The notes: generated by a model not told the origin, from the letters alone. A stretch of 64,000 bases of DNA from Bacillota bacterium (GCA_033549245.1 JAWSUW010000001.1:1755-65754), one strand, 5' to 3'. Shown: positions 28,737 through 39,645, counted from the stretch's first letter. Program-made: numbers and translations.

Positions 28737-29683
28737 TATACAATGAACTTGGAAATACAGGAATCAAAGTTTCAAAAATCTGTTTCGGCAGTTTGACGAT
28801 GGGCCCTCTCCAACGCAATTTAAGCGTTTCAGAGGGCGCATCCTTAATCGAGTATGCATTCGAAAAGGGCGTCAATTTCATTGATACCGCGGAACTGTAC
28901 GAAACCAATGCGCATATCGCCAAAGCGCTGAAAACAATCCCAAGAGATGAATTCGTCATCGCCAGCAAGTGTTACGCCTATTCGGCGGAAACAGCAGAGC
29001 AAAGCCTTGGAAAAGCACTGAAGGAACTTGAAACCGATTATTTGGATGTGTTCATGTTGCATGAACAGATGAGTGTCCATACGATTAAAGGCCATTATGA
29101 GGCTATAGAATATTTACTCAGAATGAAAGAAAAAGGTGTTATCAGGGCTTTTGGTATATCAACACATTATGTGGAAGCCGTCCGCGCTGCACTCAGGTAT
29201 CCTGAAATTGAGGTGATTCACCCGATTGTCAATATAAATGGACTCGGGATACAAGATGGATCAATGGCGGATATGGAAACTGCACTGAAAACATTTAAGA
29301 GTAATGGTGGTGGCATATTTGGCATGAAACCGCTCGGTGGTGGAAATCTTCTTTCCTCAATCGACGCTTGTTTTGATTTTGTGCTGGGTAGAGATTATTT
29401 GGATGCCATCGCTTTTGGCATGCAAAGCCGAGATGAAATTGATTACAATGTCAACCGGATCCTAGGTGAACCGATTGATTTGAACTTAAAAAACACACTA
29501 ATGAAGCAGAAAAAATCTCTTCAAATCGCTGAATGGTGCACGAAGTGTGGGGCATGTATAAAAAAATGCGACCACAAGGCACTGAGTATGGGATCTGATG
29601 GAGTGGAAATCGATAGGTCGAGATGCGTACTTTGTGGGTATTGCGCCTCTGTATGCCCTGAATTCTGCATAAAAGTGTATTAA
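28733..29683 (+). CDS. Aldo/keto reductase with C-terminal 2[4Fe-4S] domain
   Basis: [18 protein letters not shown]; two CxxCxxCxxxC motifs. Confidence 0.9.
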   Translation: MIYNELGNTGIKVSKICFGSLTMGPLQRNLSVSEGASLIEYAFEKGVNFIDTAELYETNAHIAKALKTIPRDEFVIASKCYAYSAETAEQSLGKALKELETDYLDVFMLHEQMSVHTIKGHYEAIEYLLRMKEKGVIRAFGISTHYVEAVRAALRYPEIEVIHPIVNINGLGIQDGSMADMETALKTFKSNGGGIFGMKPLGGGNLLSSIDACFDFVLGRDYLDAIAFGMQSRDEIDYNVNRILGEPIDLNLKNTLMKQKKSLQIAEWCTKCGACIKKCDHKALSMGSDGVEIDRSRCVLCGYCASVCPEFCIKVY

Positions 29684-29729
29684 AGATTGTTTGTTATCAT
29701 CAAATGAGATATACTGGAGGATATGGTTA

Positions 29730-30170
29730 ATGAGAATAATGGGTTTGGACGTTGGCGACAAAAAGATTGGTGTGGCCATCAGTGACTCGCTTTTGATCAC
29801 AGCACAAGGTAAGGAAACCCTTTTTCGTGAATCCTTAAAAGTGGATCTCGATAAGTTGATTGAATATATCAATGAGTATGATGTGCATAAGATTGTGGTA
29901 GGTATGCCGCTCAACATGAACGGGTCCCTTGGACCACAAGGTGAAAAGACAAAGCAATTTGTCGCTAAATTAGAAAAAAAATTGATTCATTCCACACGTA
30001 TTGATCGTGAAATCGAAATTGTATATTGGGACGAACGAATGACGACGATGGGTGCAACCCGTAGTTTGATCGAAACGGACATGAGCCGCAAGAAACGAAA
30101 AGGTGTTGTAGACACAGTCGCGGCGGTATTGATTTTACAAGGTTATCTGGATGGAAATAGAATGGTTTAA
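29730..30170 (+). CDS. ruvX: YqgF/RuvX pre-16S rRNA nuclease / putative Holliday junction resolvase
   Basis: MGLDVGDKKIGVAISD, WDERMTT, VDTVAAVLILQGYLD. Confidence 0.93.
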   Translation: MRIMGLDVGDKKIGVAISDSLLITAQGKETLFRESLKVDLDKLIEYINEYDVHKIVVGMPLNMNGSLGPQGEKTKQFVAKLEKKLIHSTRIDREIEIVYWDERMTTMGATRSLIETDMSRKKRKGVVDTVAAVLILQGYLDGNRMV

Positions 30171-30196
30171 AAAATAAATTTTAGAAGAGGTGTTTA

Positions 30197-30505
30197 ATGA
30201 AAAAAGAAGAGAGTTTGTTCGAAGTGGTTTATGACCAAGATCACGAGCATGAAGAGAGTGACGTAGTGGAATTGTTCGATGAGAACGGCGTGGCTGTGAA
30301 GTTCAACATCATTGCCAACCTTGAACTGGACGATCAAGAGTATGCGATCCTTTCAAATGTGAACGATGAAGAAGAAGTGCTTATTTTCAAAGTAATGGAA
30401 GAAAACGATGAATTTGTTTTTGAAAGCATTGAAAACGAAGAGGAACTGGATGCTGTAATTGAAGCATACAATGAACTATTGGATGAAGAAGAAATAGAAG
30501 AATAG
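30197..30505 (+). CDS. DUF1292 family acidic protein
   Basis: Very acidic 102-aa protein in the conserved position after ruvX. Confidence 0.8.
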   Translation: MKKEESLFEVVYDQDHEHEESDVVELFDENGVAVKFNIIANLELDDQEYAILSNVNDEEEVLIFKVMEENDEFVFESIENEEELDAVIEAYNELLDEEEIEE

Positions 30506-30567
30506 GCTGGATATACCACTTCTGTGTGGTAAAATGATTAAAAGAATTTAAGTGCTGAGGTGTTTAT

Positions 30568-31011
30568 ATGGATTCGTGTCATGATGGATATAAGAAAAAA
30601 TTAAAAGAGGCCGGTTACAAACTGACGCCTCAAAGAATTGCGATTATTAATGTCATAGCTGAAAATAAAGGTGAACATCTAAGTACTGAGGAAATATATG
30701 ATATTGTAAAGCAAAGGAATCCTGAAATGGGATTGGCAACTGTTTATAGAACACTACAAATGTTGGATGAGCTGGAAGTCGTATCCTCTCTTAATTTAGA
30801 GGACGGCTGCATTCGTTATGAACTTTATTGTGACGACGGAGCTCACAACCATCACCATCTGATTTGTACTAGATGTGGTGATGTGCTTGAAGTAGAAGGC
30901 GATTTACTCGAACAATTGGAACTTAAAATTGAAAGCGAATACGATTTCAAGATTGTCGATCATAAATTGAAATTCTACGGAATATGCAAGAAATGTAAAA
31001 ACCTTGTTTAG
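30568..31011 (+). CDS. fur: Fur family transcriptional regulator
   Basis: KLTPQR, GLATVYRTL, HNHHHLICTRCG, CKKC. Confidence 0.92.
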   Translation: MDSCHDGYKKKLKEAGYKLTPQRIAIINVIAENKGEHLSTEEIYDIVKQRNPEMGLATVYRTLQMLDELEVVSSLNLEDGCIRYELYCDDGAHNHHHLICTRCGDVLEVEGDLLEQLELKIESEYDFKIVDHKLKFYGICKKCKNLV

Positions 31012-31027
31012 TACAGGGTTTATTTTT
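30997..31027 (+). terminator. Intrinsic terminator after fur
   Basis: AAACCTTGT / ACAGGGTTT stem followed by ATTTTT. Confidence 0.6.
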
Positions 31028-31131
31028 CGTAAATAGCAAATCACAACTGGAACCTTTGTCATAATGATCTTAAACGTTTAGCAGGATCGGACAATATTAG
31101 CGCTAAACATATAATATTACGAGGTGTAAAT

Positions 31132-32859
31132 ATGACAAACCAAAAACCGAACAACAATTTCAAGAAAAAAAGAACCAACAAACCAAAAGAGAACCTGGAA
31201 GAGAATTTAGTGACAAGCTTAGATTCATCCCTGAAAATCATTCCTCTGGGAGGTCTAGAGGAAATCGGCAAAAACATGACAGTGTACCAATATGAAGATG
31301 ATATCGTTATCGTAGACTGCGGTATGGCTTTCCCTGAAGATGAACTTCTCGGAATCGACGTCGTTATTCCGGACATCACTTACCTCAAGAGAAACGCATC
31401 TAAAATCAGAGGAATCGTTTTGACGCATGGTCATGAGGACCATATCGGTTCATTGCCGTATTTCCTGAAGGAAATCAATGTACCGATTTACGGGACCCGT
31501 CTGACACTAGGACTTGTTGAAAACAAGATGAAGGAGCACAGACTGAATCCAAAACTCATCACCATCGCACCTGGAGATCACATCAAGCTTGGTGTATTCG
31601 ATCTGGAACCGGTAAGAGTGTGTCATAGTATAGCGGATGCCGTAGCATACGCAATCACAACACCTCACGGAGTAATCGTTCATACGGGTGATTTCAAAAT
31701 TGATTTTACTCCTATAGATGGTCAAACTACAGACCTCCATCGTTTTGCAGAACTAGGACGTGCAGGTGTGCTTGCCCTTCTTGCGGACAGCACAAACGTG
31801 GTCAGAGAAGGTTATACCATGTCCGAAGTCACTGTTGGTGACACTTTTGAACAAATTTTCAGACACGCGACATCAAGAATCATAGTAGCCTCATTTTCAT
31901 CCAATATCCACAGAGTCCAACAAGTTGTGAATGCGGCGAGTATGAACAACAGAAAAGTGGCATTCTCTGGAAGAAGCATGGTCAATGTATCCAATGTCGC
32001 TATGAATCTTGGGTATCTGAAAGTCGATGAGGACATGTTGATCGACATCAAAGACATCGACAGATATCCTGACAATGAGCTAGTGGTCATAACAACGGGG
32101 TCACAAGGTGAGCCGATGAGTGCTTTAGCCAGAATGGCAAACTCTGAGCATAGAAACATGGAAATCAGAAAAGGTGACCTGGTCATCTTATCTTCATCCG
32201 CTATCCCCGGCAATGAAAAGTCGGTTTACAGAATCATCAATCAACTCACTAAAAAAGGTGCGACTATGATCTATGAGTCGCTTGCTGACGTACACGTTTC
32301 CGGTCACGCTAAAGCGGAAGAACTTAAATTGATGCATTCGCTTGTCAAACCTAAATACTTTATGCCTGTGCATGGCGAATCCGTTCACCTTGAGAGACAT
32401 AAAGAGCTTGCGATCGATCTTGGAATGAACGACAAAGATGTATTCATTCTTGCTAACGGCAACGTTCTGGAATTTGATGGTACCAGCGCCAAATTGGCAA
32501 AATCCGTCCCATCAGGACGCGTCTTCATCGACGGACTTGGAGTTGGTGACGTAGGCAACATAGTGCTCAGAGACAGAAAGCATCTTTCTGAGGATGGCTT
32601 GATCATCATCGTAGTCGCCATCTCAAGCGCCACTGGTGAAGTCATCAACGGACCGGACCTCATTTCCAGAGGATTCGTCTATGTCAGAGAATCTGAAACT
32701 TTGATGGAAAGTGCCCGTGCGGTTGTGGATGCGGAACTGAAAAAATGCTACGAAAAGAACATCAAAGACTGGGCTTCACTGAAGTCATCCGTCAGAGATG
32801 CACTCAGCCAAAACACAAAGCGTTCACCAATGATTTTACCGGTTTTCATGGAAGTTTAA
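31132..32859 (+). CDS. rnj: Ribonuclease J
   Basis: PLGGLEEIGKN, THGHEDHIG, HVSGH, PVHGE. Confidence 0.96.
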   Translation: MTNQKPNNNFKKKRTNKPKENLEENLVTSLDSSLKIIPLGGLEEIGKNMTVYQYEDDIVIVDCGMAFPEDELLGIDVVIPDITYLKRNASKIRGIVLTHGHEDHIGSLPYFLKEINVPIYGTRLTLGLVENKMKEHRLNPKLITIAPGDHIKLGVFDLEPVRVCHSIADAVAYAITTPHGVIVHTGDFKIDFTPIDGQTTDLHRFAELGRAGVLALLADSTNVVREGYTMSEVTVGDTFEQIFRHATSRIIVASFSSNIHRVQQVVNAASMNNRKVAFSGRSMVNVSNVAMNLGYLKVDEDMLIDIKDIDRYPDNELVVITTGSQGEPMSALARMANSEHRNMEIRKGDLVILSSSAIPGNEKSVYRIINQLTKKGATMIYESLADVHVSGHAKAEELKLMHSLVKPKYFMPVHGESVHLERHKELAIDLGMNDKDVFILANGNVLEFDGTSAKLAKSVPSGRVFIDGLGVGDVGNIVLRDRKHLSEDGLIIIVVAISSATGEVINGPDLISRGFVYVRESETLMESARAVVDAELKKCYEKNIKDWASLKSSVRDALSQNTKRSPMILPVFMEV

Positions 32860-32884
32860 AAACCACTGAATATGGGGGAAATAA

Positions 32885-33895
32885 ATGAAAAAAATAATAT
32901 TGGTACTGATTTTGATGGTCACACTTTCGCTAATGTCGGGGTGTGCATCTGTCCTTGAAAAATATAACGGACCTGTGGATGAAAGCGACACAAGCACATT
33001 TGTGGTCACTGTAGCTCCGGGTTCGAGCACTACCGGTATAGCCAATCTTTTGTATGAGGAAGGGTTGATTCAAAATGTCAACGCTTTCAAAGCAAAGGTA
33101 AAACTGCTTGAAGTGGACGGTCAGATGAAGGCGGGAGATTACATGCTCTCACCTTCTATGTCTGCCGAGACCATTATTGATAAACTGGTGGATGGAGAAA
33201 TTTTCGTTGAAACCAACAAATTCACAATTCCTGAGGGCTATGAGATCAGACAAATTGTCGACAAACTCGTGGAACAAGGTATTGTGGATCGTGATGTTTT
33301 CATGGATGTTCTCGAAAATCATCCTTTTGACTATGCTTTCCTCGAAGGTGTGGATCGAAGTAAAAAGCTTGAAGGCTACCTGTTCCCGGACACTTATGAA
33401 GTTCTAAAGAGTGCCGATGAGGTCGCAATAGTCGATAGAATGCTCAAAAGATTCGGTGAAGTATTCAAACCCGAGTATTATGATCGAGCAACGGAACTTG
33501 GTATGACGGTTGATGAAGTGGTGACACTGGCTTCCATCATTGAGCGTGAGGCTCGTGTGGCTGAAGAATTTGAAATCGTATCCAGCGTGTTTCATAACCG
33601 CATGGAAATCGGTATGGCACTACAGTCATGCGCTACGGTTCAATACATTTTACAGGAACGTAAACCTGTTTTGTCTTTTGCAGATACAGAGATTAAAGAC
33701 CCATACAACACCTATATCAATGCGGGGCTTACTCCGTCACCTATAGCTTCACCGGGTGAACTTGCCATCAAGTCGGCTCTTTATCCCGCTGAAACAAATT
33801 ATCTTTATTTTGTGACCACTGAAAAGAATGATGGCACCCACTACTTCAACGAAACACTAGCAGGTCACAACAGGGATGCCAAGAAGGGAAATTGA
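32885..33895 (+). CDS. mltG: Endolytic transglycosylase MltG
   Basis: LEGYLFPDTY, LASIIERE, PYNTY, PIASPG; N-terminal lipobox-like MSGC. Confidence 0.92.
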   Translation: MKKIILVLILMVTLSLMSGCASVLEKYNGPVDESDTSTFVVTVAPGSSTTGIANLLYEEGLIQNVNAFKAKVKLLEVDGQMKAGDYMLSPSMSAETIIDKLVDGEIFVETNKFTIPEGYEIRQIVDKLVEQGIVDRDVFMDVLENHPFDYAFLEGVDRSKKLEGYLFPDTYEVLKSADEVAIVDRMLKRFGEVFKPEYYDRATELGMTVDEVVTLASIIEREARVAEEFEIVSSVFHNRMEIGMALQSCATVQYILQERKPVLSFADTEIKDPYNTYINAGLTPSPIASPGELAIKSALYPAETNYLYFVTTEKNDGTHYFNETLAGHNRDAKKGN

Positions 33896-33899
33896 TGAC

Positions 33900-34571
33900 A
33901 TGTCCGACCACAACATAGTCGATGAGCACGTCGAACATTATATCAGGACACTACTGCCGAAATCCACTGGACTTTTAGGCGAGCTAGAACGTTATGCAGT
34001 TGAAAACCTGGTACCGATTGTTCAGCCTGAAATTGCCCAATACCTAAAAGTGCTGATGAAAGTTCAAAAGCCTGTTAGGATTTTAGAAATCGGTACTGCA
34101 ATCGGTTATTCTGCGACACTTATGGCGGAGCAGATGGATCGAGGGGTAATCGAAACCATAGAACTGAAAATGGAAATGGTGGAGAAAGCCAGTGAGACCT
34201 TTGAAAAATTGAAACTCTACAAGCCGGATGTTGAAATTATACAACACCATGGTGACGCCATATCCATCCTTGAGCAAATGAATGGTGAGTTTGACATGAT
34301 CTTCATTGATGCTTCAAAAGGTCATTACAAAGCGTTTTTCGAGCTGTGTATGCCCATGTTGAAGCCGCGCGGACTGATTGTGTCGGACAATGTGCTTTAC
34401 AAAGGTATGGTAGCCACCAATCTTTATCTGGTACGCAGAAAAATAACTATAGTCAAAAGAATGAGAACCTATCTTGATTTCATATCCAATCACCCAGAAC
34501 TCGACACAACAGTGCTGCCGATGGGAGATGGTTTGGCAATCAGTTACAAAAAGGAGGCCGATGGCGCATGA
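33900..34571 (+). CDS. O-methyltransferase (YrrM/TrmR-like)
   Basis: ILEIGTAIGYS, FIDASK, SDNVL; located between mltG and a U32 gene. Confidence 0.88.
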   Translation: MSDHNIVDEHVEHYIRTLLPKSTGLLGELERYAVENLVPIVQPEIAQYLKVLMKVQKPVRILEIGTAIGYSATLMAEQMDRGVIETIELKMEMVEKASETFEKLKLYKPDVEIIQHHGDAISILEQMNGEFDMIFIDASKGHYKAFFELCMPMLKPRGLIVSDNVLYKGMVATNLYLVRRKITIVKRMRTYLDFISNHPELDTTVLPMGDGLAISYKKEADGA

Positions 34572-35797
34572 AGCGCATTGAATTATTAGCGCCCGCAGGC
34601 GACTTACAAAAATTGAAATTCGCAATTCTTTACGGTGCTGACGCCGTGTATATCGGAGGTCAGGTATTTGGATTAAGAGCAGCTGCGAAGAATTTTTCAT
34701 TTGAGGATATGAAAGAAGGAATCGCCTTCGCACATGAAAGAGGGAAGAAAGTATTTTTGACCCTCAATATAATTCCACACAATGAAGACATCCACTATTT
34801 GGAAGAATATATCAGCGCAATCAAGGACCTCGATTTGGATGCAGTCATATTATCCGATCCAGGAACTTTGATGTTCGTGAAAAAGTATGCGCCAAATCTT
34901 GAAGTGCATCTGAGCACACAGGCAAACAACACCAACTATATGAGTGCGACGTTTTGGCACGAGCAAGGTGTTAAAAGAGTGATTCTCGCAAGAGAACTAT
35001 CTTTTGATGAAATTGCCGAAATCAGAAAAAATACACCAATGACACTTGAATTCGAAGCTTTCATGCACGGTGCGATGTGCATATCCTATTCAGGCAGATG
35101 CCTCATCAGCAATTACATGACAGGGCGTGACGCAAACAGAGGTGCTTGTGCACAACCTTGCCGCTGGGAGTACAATCTTGTGGAAAAAACCAGACCGGAT
35201 GAAAGTTATCCAGTGGTTGAAACCGAAGATGGCACATTTTTCTTCAATTCAAAAGATTTGTGCACAATCAATATGGTTCCGGAGTTGATTCGTTCGGGCC
35301 TTGACAGTTTAAAAATAGAAGGACGAATGAAAAGTGTTTATTATGTGGCCAATGTGGTAAGAGCATACCGTAAAGCCATAGATACTTTCTATAAAGATCC
35401 TGAGAACTTCGTCTATGATCCAGAGTGGTTCGATGAGATCAAAAAAGCATCACACCGCGAGTTCACAAATGGTTTCTATACGGGAAAACCGGATCACAAT
35501 TCCCAGCTTTACGGCTCGAGTGCCTATATCAGAAGCTATGATTTCATCGGAGTTGTTGAGTCTTATGATGAAAAAACAAAAGTCGCGACAGTGGAACAAA
35601 GAAACAATTTCAAGGTCGGTGACAAAATTGAGATCATAGGACCGGATTATTTCTATGCGGAGCAAATCATCGAGGAGATCATCAATTCAAAAGACGAGTC
35701 GGTCAAGGTGGCGCCTCATGCGCAACAAATCATACGTATTCCAATGGATGTTCCTGTGGAGCCGTATTATATACTCAGAAAAGCAAAGGAGAATTAG
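34568..35797 (+). CDS. Peptidase U32 family protein (tRNA hydroxylation TrhP-like)
   Basis: [36 protein letters not shown]. Confidence 0.92.
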   Translation: MKRIELLAPAGDLQKLKFAILYGADAVYIGGQVFGLRAAAKNFSFEDMKEGIAFAHERGKKVFLTLNIIPHNEDIHYLEEYISAIKDLDLDAVILSDPGTLMFVKKYAPNLEVHLSTQANNTNYMSATFWHEQGVKRVILARELSFDEIAEIRKNTPMTLEFEAFMHGAMCISYSGRCLISNYMTGRDANRGACAQPCRWEYNLVEKTRPDESYPVVETEDGTFFFNSKDLCTINMVPELIRSGLDSLKIEGRMKSVYYVANVVRAYRKAIDTFYKDPENFVYDPEWFDEIKKASHREFTNGFYTGKPDHNSQLYGSSAYIRSYDFIGVVESYDEKTKVATVEQRNNFKVGDKIEIIGPDYFYAEQIIEEIINSKDESVKVAPHAQQIIRIPMDVPVEPYYILRKAKEN

Positions 35798-35798
35798 A

Positions 35799-36428
35799 AT
35801 GGGCAAGCCTATCGTTATCGGGGTTTCCGGAGGTACGGGTTCTGGAAAAAGCACTGTGGCACAATCCATATTTCAGTCGCTTCCGGATGAGAACATCCTG
35901 ATTTTGGAACAAGATGCTTATTACAAGGACCAAAGTCATTTGTCCTATGAGGAACGAATCAAGACCAATTACGACCATCCTATGGCGTTTGATACGGATT
36001 TGCTCATTGAACATATAAAGCTGTTATGCGATCATAAACCCATTCAAAAACCCATATACAATTTCGCCAACCACAACCGCGAAAAAGATTCCATTTTGGT
36101 TTATCCGCGTGAGATCATCATCTTGGAAGGCATCATGATTCTCGAGGACAAACGACTCAGAAAATTGATGGATATCAAGATTTTCGTAGACACTGATGCC
36201 GATGTGAGAATCATCAGAAGAATCACTCGTGACATCAATGAACGCGGGAGAACACTGGAATCGGTAATCGAGCAATATCTCACCACGGTAAAACCGGCAC
36301 ATGAGCAATTTATTGAACCAATGAAGAAATATGCGGATATCATCATACCAGAAGGTGGATACAACAAAGTGGCCATTGATCTGATGACTACAAAAGTGCT
36401 ATCCATCATCAACTCAAAGAATCAGTAA
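35799..36428 (+). CDS. udk: Uridine kinase
   Basis: [23 protein letters not shown] at 35799 after AAGGAG. Confidence 0.95.
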   Translation: MGKPIVIGVSGGTGSGKSTVAQSIFQSLPDENILILEQDAYYKDQSHLSYEERIKTNYDHPMAFDTDLLIEHIKLLCDHKPIQKPIYNFANHNREKDSILVYPREIIILEGIMILEDKRLRKLMDIKIFVDTDADVRIIRRITRDINERGRTLESVIEQYLTTVKPAHEQFIEPMKKYADIIIPEGGYNKVAIDLMTTKVLSIINSKNQ

Positions 36429-36438
36429 GGCGGCTCAA

Positions 36439-37500
36439 ATGATCAATCAAATGATTAGAAATGCAGTGGAAAAAGAGGCAACCAATATTCATATCGCACC
36501 AGGGGCAGGACCATTGATTCGTGTGAATGGCAAAGTGAAGGCGCTTGATGATGAGCAAATCATGTCACATGATCATGTCATGTCTGTTTTGAATGAACTT
36601 TGCACTGAAGCGCAACTGGATGCTTTAAATCAAAACGGTGAACTTTATTTCGGATATTCCATACCTGAAGTGGGAAGGTTCAGAGTCAACGTTCTCAAGC
36701 AAAGAGGTTCATACAGTTTGTCGATTCGAATTTTGAAACTCGTGATTCCGGACAAGTCGGAACTTGGACTTCCCGAACATTTGTATGAGCTTCTTGAAAA
36801 GGGACAAGGTCTATTTTTGGTCAGCGGCGCATCTGGAACCGGAAGGTCCACTACCATCGCTTCCCTCATTCAACATATCAATTCCACCAAACGCGTCCAC
36901 ATCATGACGATTGAATCTCCGATTGAGTACCTGTTCAAACATGACAAATCTATAGTGATCCAAAGAGATGTCGGAACAGATTGCGTCGACTTTTATGAAG
37001 GTCTGAGCAGTGCGATGCTTCATGATCCGGATGTCATTATGATTTCCGAAATCAACTCTGAACGCATGCAAGATTTGGCGTTAAAACTTGCTGAAGCGGG
37101 TAAACTAGTCATAGCGGGATACTCGGGAAACAATGCGATCTCAGCACTTGGTGGTTTTCTTTTTTCCGAGCAAGCAGAGCGTAAACAAATCAGAAAGCAT
37201 AAATTGGCTTCGGTATTGCTCGGTATCATTTCTCAACAACTTGTTCCAAGTAAAGATCAAGATATCAGGCTGCTCGGTTATGAGCTTTTGCTGATGAACA
37301 ATGTGGTCAAATCAAATATCATTTCCGATAATTTGGCTGAAATACAAAACACTTTGATTGCCGGAAGAAGACAAGGCATGGTATCCATGGACGCGTGTCT
37401 TTATGAGATGTTTTCATGTGGTGCCATCACTAGGGATACTTTGTATCGGTACTGTACAGACACCGAAGTGGTGAAACGGCTCGAGAAGTCAATCATATAG
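36439..37500 (+). CDS. PilT/PilU-like protein with degenerate ATPase motifs
   Basis: PilT-like over its full length (GRFRVN, TIESPIE, HDPDVI), but Walker A is GASGTGRS and the His box is lost. Confidence 0.8.
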   Translation: MINQMIRNAVEKEATNIHIAPGAGPLIRVNGKVKALDDEQIMSHDHVMSVLNELCTEAQLDALNQNGELYFGYSIPEVGRFRVNVLKQRGSYSLSIRILKLVIPDKSELGLPEHLYELLEKGQGLFLVSGASGTGRSTTIASLIQHINSTKRVHIMTIESPIEYLFKHDKSIVIQRDVGTDCVDFYEGLSSAMLHDPDVIMISEINSERMQDLALKLAEAGKLVIAGYSGNNAISALGGFLFSEQAERKQIRKHKLASVLLGIISQQLVPSKDQDIRLLGYELLLMNNVVKSNIISDNLAEIQNTLIAGRRQGMVSMDACLYEMFSCGAITRDTLYRYCTDTEVVKRLEKSII

Positions 37501-37509
37501 GAGCATATT

Positions 37510-38007
37510 ATGAATAATTTGATTCTTATAGGAATGATGGGATCGGGAAAATCCACTATCGGAAGGGCTATCGCTGATAAACTCGGATGGAAACATCTTG
37601 ATACCGACAAAATGATCGAGGATATGCAAGGGATGACTATCAGAGAAATCTTTGATCGCTATGGTGAAAGTCATTTCAGGTCACTTGAGGCAAAATTGGT
37701 CGAACAGCTGAAGACGGTGGAGTCCACTGTTATCTCAACGGGTGGGGGAATCATACTCAATCACTTGAATACAATGGTGTTAAAAGAAATGGGGCTTATC
37801 GTTTATTTGCGAGCACTTCCCAAAACACTTAATGCCAATCTTGAAGGGCATACTAAGAGCAGACCGCTACTTGACCATCAGAGCATTGAGGTTATTTATA
37901 AGGTTCGAGATCCGCTTTATCGGAATTCTGCCGAACTTGTGATTGACACAGATTCACTTAACAATCAGGAAATAATTGATGTGATTTCACATCGTTTGAA
38001 GGGGTGA
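37510..38007 (+). CDS. aroK: Shikimate kinase
   Basis: GMMGSGKS, GESHFR, STGGG, RPLL. Confidence 0.93.
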   Translation: MNNLILIGMMGSGKSTIGRAIADKLGWKHLDTDKMIEDMQGMTIREIFDRYGESHFRSLEAKLVEQLKTVESTVISTGGGIILNHLNTMVLKEMGLIVYLRALPKTLNANLEGHTKSRPLLDHQSIEVIYKVRDPLYRNSAELVIDTDSLNNQEIIDVISHRLKG

Positions 38008-38011
38008 GGTC

Positions 38012-38440
38012 ATGAAAGTGCTTGTAATTCAGGGACCTAATCTGAATCGATTGGGAAAAAGAACCGAATTCCATTATGGAGCAATGACCCTTGAGATGTT
38101 AAACAGTGAAATCCATGATTATGGCAAGTCGATTGGAATATATACAGATTTTCTCCAGTCCAATCACGAAGGACAACTAATCGATTGGATCCATGAGTCT
38201 GAGCAAAAGTATGATGCGGTTTTGATCAACCCTGGAGCTTTTACCCATTACAGCTACGCGATTCGGGATGCCATCGAAAGTGTCGATATCCCATTTGTCG
38301 AAGTCCATCTTTCCAACATTTATGAACGTGAAACTTTCAGACATGTATCTGTGATCGCACCCGTGTGCAGAAAACAGGTTTATGGAATGAAGGAGAAGAG
38401 TTACTTTGAAGCATTGGATTATTTAAGGACATTGCTATAA
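38012..38440 (+). CDS. aroQ: Type II 3-dehydroquinate dehydratase
   Basis: GPNLNRLG, QSNHEG, NPGAFTHYS, EVHLSN. Confidence 0.95.
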   Translation: MKVLVIQGPNLNRLGKRTEFHYGAMTLEMLNSEIHDYGKSIGIYTDFLQSNHEGQLIDWIHESEQKYDAVLINPGAFTHYSYAIRDAIESVDIPFVEVHLSNIYERETFRHVSVIAPVCRKQVYGMKEKSYFEALDYLRTLL

Positions 38441-38479
38441 CGGAATACTTCTGATAAAATTTTATTGATAATAGCATTC

Positions 38480-38509
38480 TTGACAATCCATAGGATTTAT
38501 AAGTATAAT
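38480..38509 (+). promoter_or_regulatory. Sigma-A promoter for efp
   Basis: TTGACA-N18-TATAAT. Confidence 0.7.
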
Positions 38510-38547
38510 AAATGGTGGTTTACAATTGAATATATTTGGAGGTTAGC

Positions 38548-39105
38548 ATGATAGCTGCGAGTGATTTTAGAAAAGGGGTTACATTTGAAATAAACGGCGA
38601 ACCTTTTGTAGTTGTAGATTTTCAACACGTAAAGCCTGGTAAGGGTGCTGCGTTTGTTAGGACCAAGTACAAAAGTTTGTTGAACGGTACCATCAGAGAG
38701 CAAGCGTTCAACCCGTCTGAAAAATTCCCAAGAGCACATATTGAGACTAAAGAAATGCAGTATTTATACAGTGAAGGCGATTTGTATTATTTCATGGACA
38801 ATGAGACATATGATCAAATTCCACTCTCTGCTGAACAAGTTGAGGATGCGATTCTTTATATCAAAGAAAACGACAACGCTACACTTAAGTTTTACAAAGG
38901 CAAGTGTTTCCTTGTTGAGCCGCCTAACTTTGTAATTTTGATAGTCACTGAATCCGAGCCAGGTGTAAAAGGTGACACAGCTACAAACGTCACTAAGAAA
39001 GCAATCGTTGAAACCGGTGCTGAGATCTATGTGCCGACGTTTGTCAACGAAGGCGACAAGATCAAGATCGACACACGTACCGGCGAGTACTTGTCGAGAG
39101 CATAA
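38548..39105 (+). CDS. efp: Elongation factor P
   Basis: [34 protein letters not shown] after GGAGG. Confidence 0.97.
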   Translation: MIAASDFRKGVTFEINGEPFVVVDFQHVKPGKGAAFVRTKYKSLLNGTIREQAFNPSEKFPRAHIETKEMQYLYSEGDLYYFMDNETYDQIPLSAEQVEDAILYIKENDNATLKFYKGKCFLVEPPNFVILIVTESEPGVKGDTATNVTKKAIVETGAEIYVPTFVNEGDKIKIDTRTGEYLSRA

Positions 39106-39162
39106 ATGTTTAACTCAGCTAACGCTGTTTTAATAAAAAATACCCACTAAGGAGGGAAACAC

Positions 39163-39639
39163 ATGAGCTATATGCATGAAAGAGTTGCTTATCTTAAGGG
39201 ATTGGCAGAAGGCATGGAAGTGGATAAGGACTCGAAAGAGGGCAAATTGTTGCTTCAAATCATCGACGTACTCGAAGACTTTGCCGAAGAAGTAGAGGAA
39301 GTCTATGATGAATTGGATGACCTTAGTGACGCAATCGTCGAGCTTGACGAATATGTGGATTCCATCGACGAAGATCTGTCTGACATTGAAGATGAGTTTT
39401 ATGACTTAGACGATGAAGATGACGATTTTGATGACGATTACGAAGAAGTTGAGTGTCCTGAATGTGGGGAAAGCGTTTTTGTTGAAAGTCAATTGATTGA
39501 CAAAGGCGAAGAAGTGGAATGCCCAAGTTGTGGTGTCATAATTGAATTTTCTGATGATTGTGAATGCTGCGGCGATGAAGACTGCAAATGTTGTGAAGAT
39601 GAAGAAGCAGAAGCAGAAGCAGAAGCAGAAGACAAGTAA
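39163..39639 (+). CDS. CD1247-like acidic zinc-ribbon protein
   Basis: ERVAYLKGLAEG N-terminus, acidic coiled coil, CPEC/CPSC, Cys-rich tail. Confidence 0.8.
   Translation: MSYMHERVAYLKGLAEGMEVDKDSKEGKLLLQIIDVLEDFAEEVEEVYDELDDLSDAIVELDEYVDSIDEDLSDIEDEFYDLDDEDDDFDDDYEEVECPECGESVFVESQLIDKGEEVECPSCGVIIEFSDDCECCGDEDCKCCEDEEAEAEAEAEDK
39604..39627 (+). repeat. In-frame hexanucleotide tandem repeat (GAAGCA)x4 encoding EAEAEAEA
   Basis: Directly visible in the sequence. Confidence 0.85.
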
Positions 39640-39645
39640 GAATGT

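Noticed and set aside
31058-31108. Possible Fur box (CATAATGATCTT) and GTTTAGC/GCTAAAC hairpin upstream of rnj
   Set aside because: Only a half-site match and a 7-bp stem in AT-rich DNA; compatible with chance.
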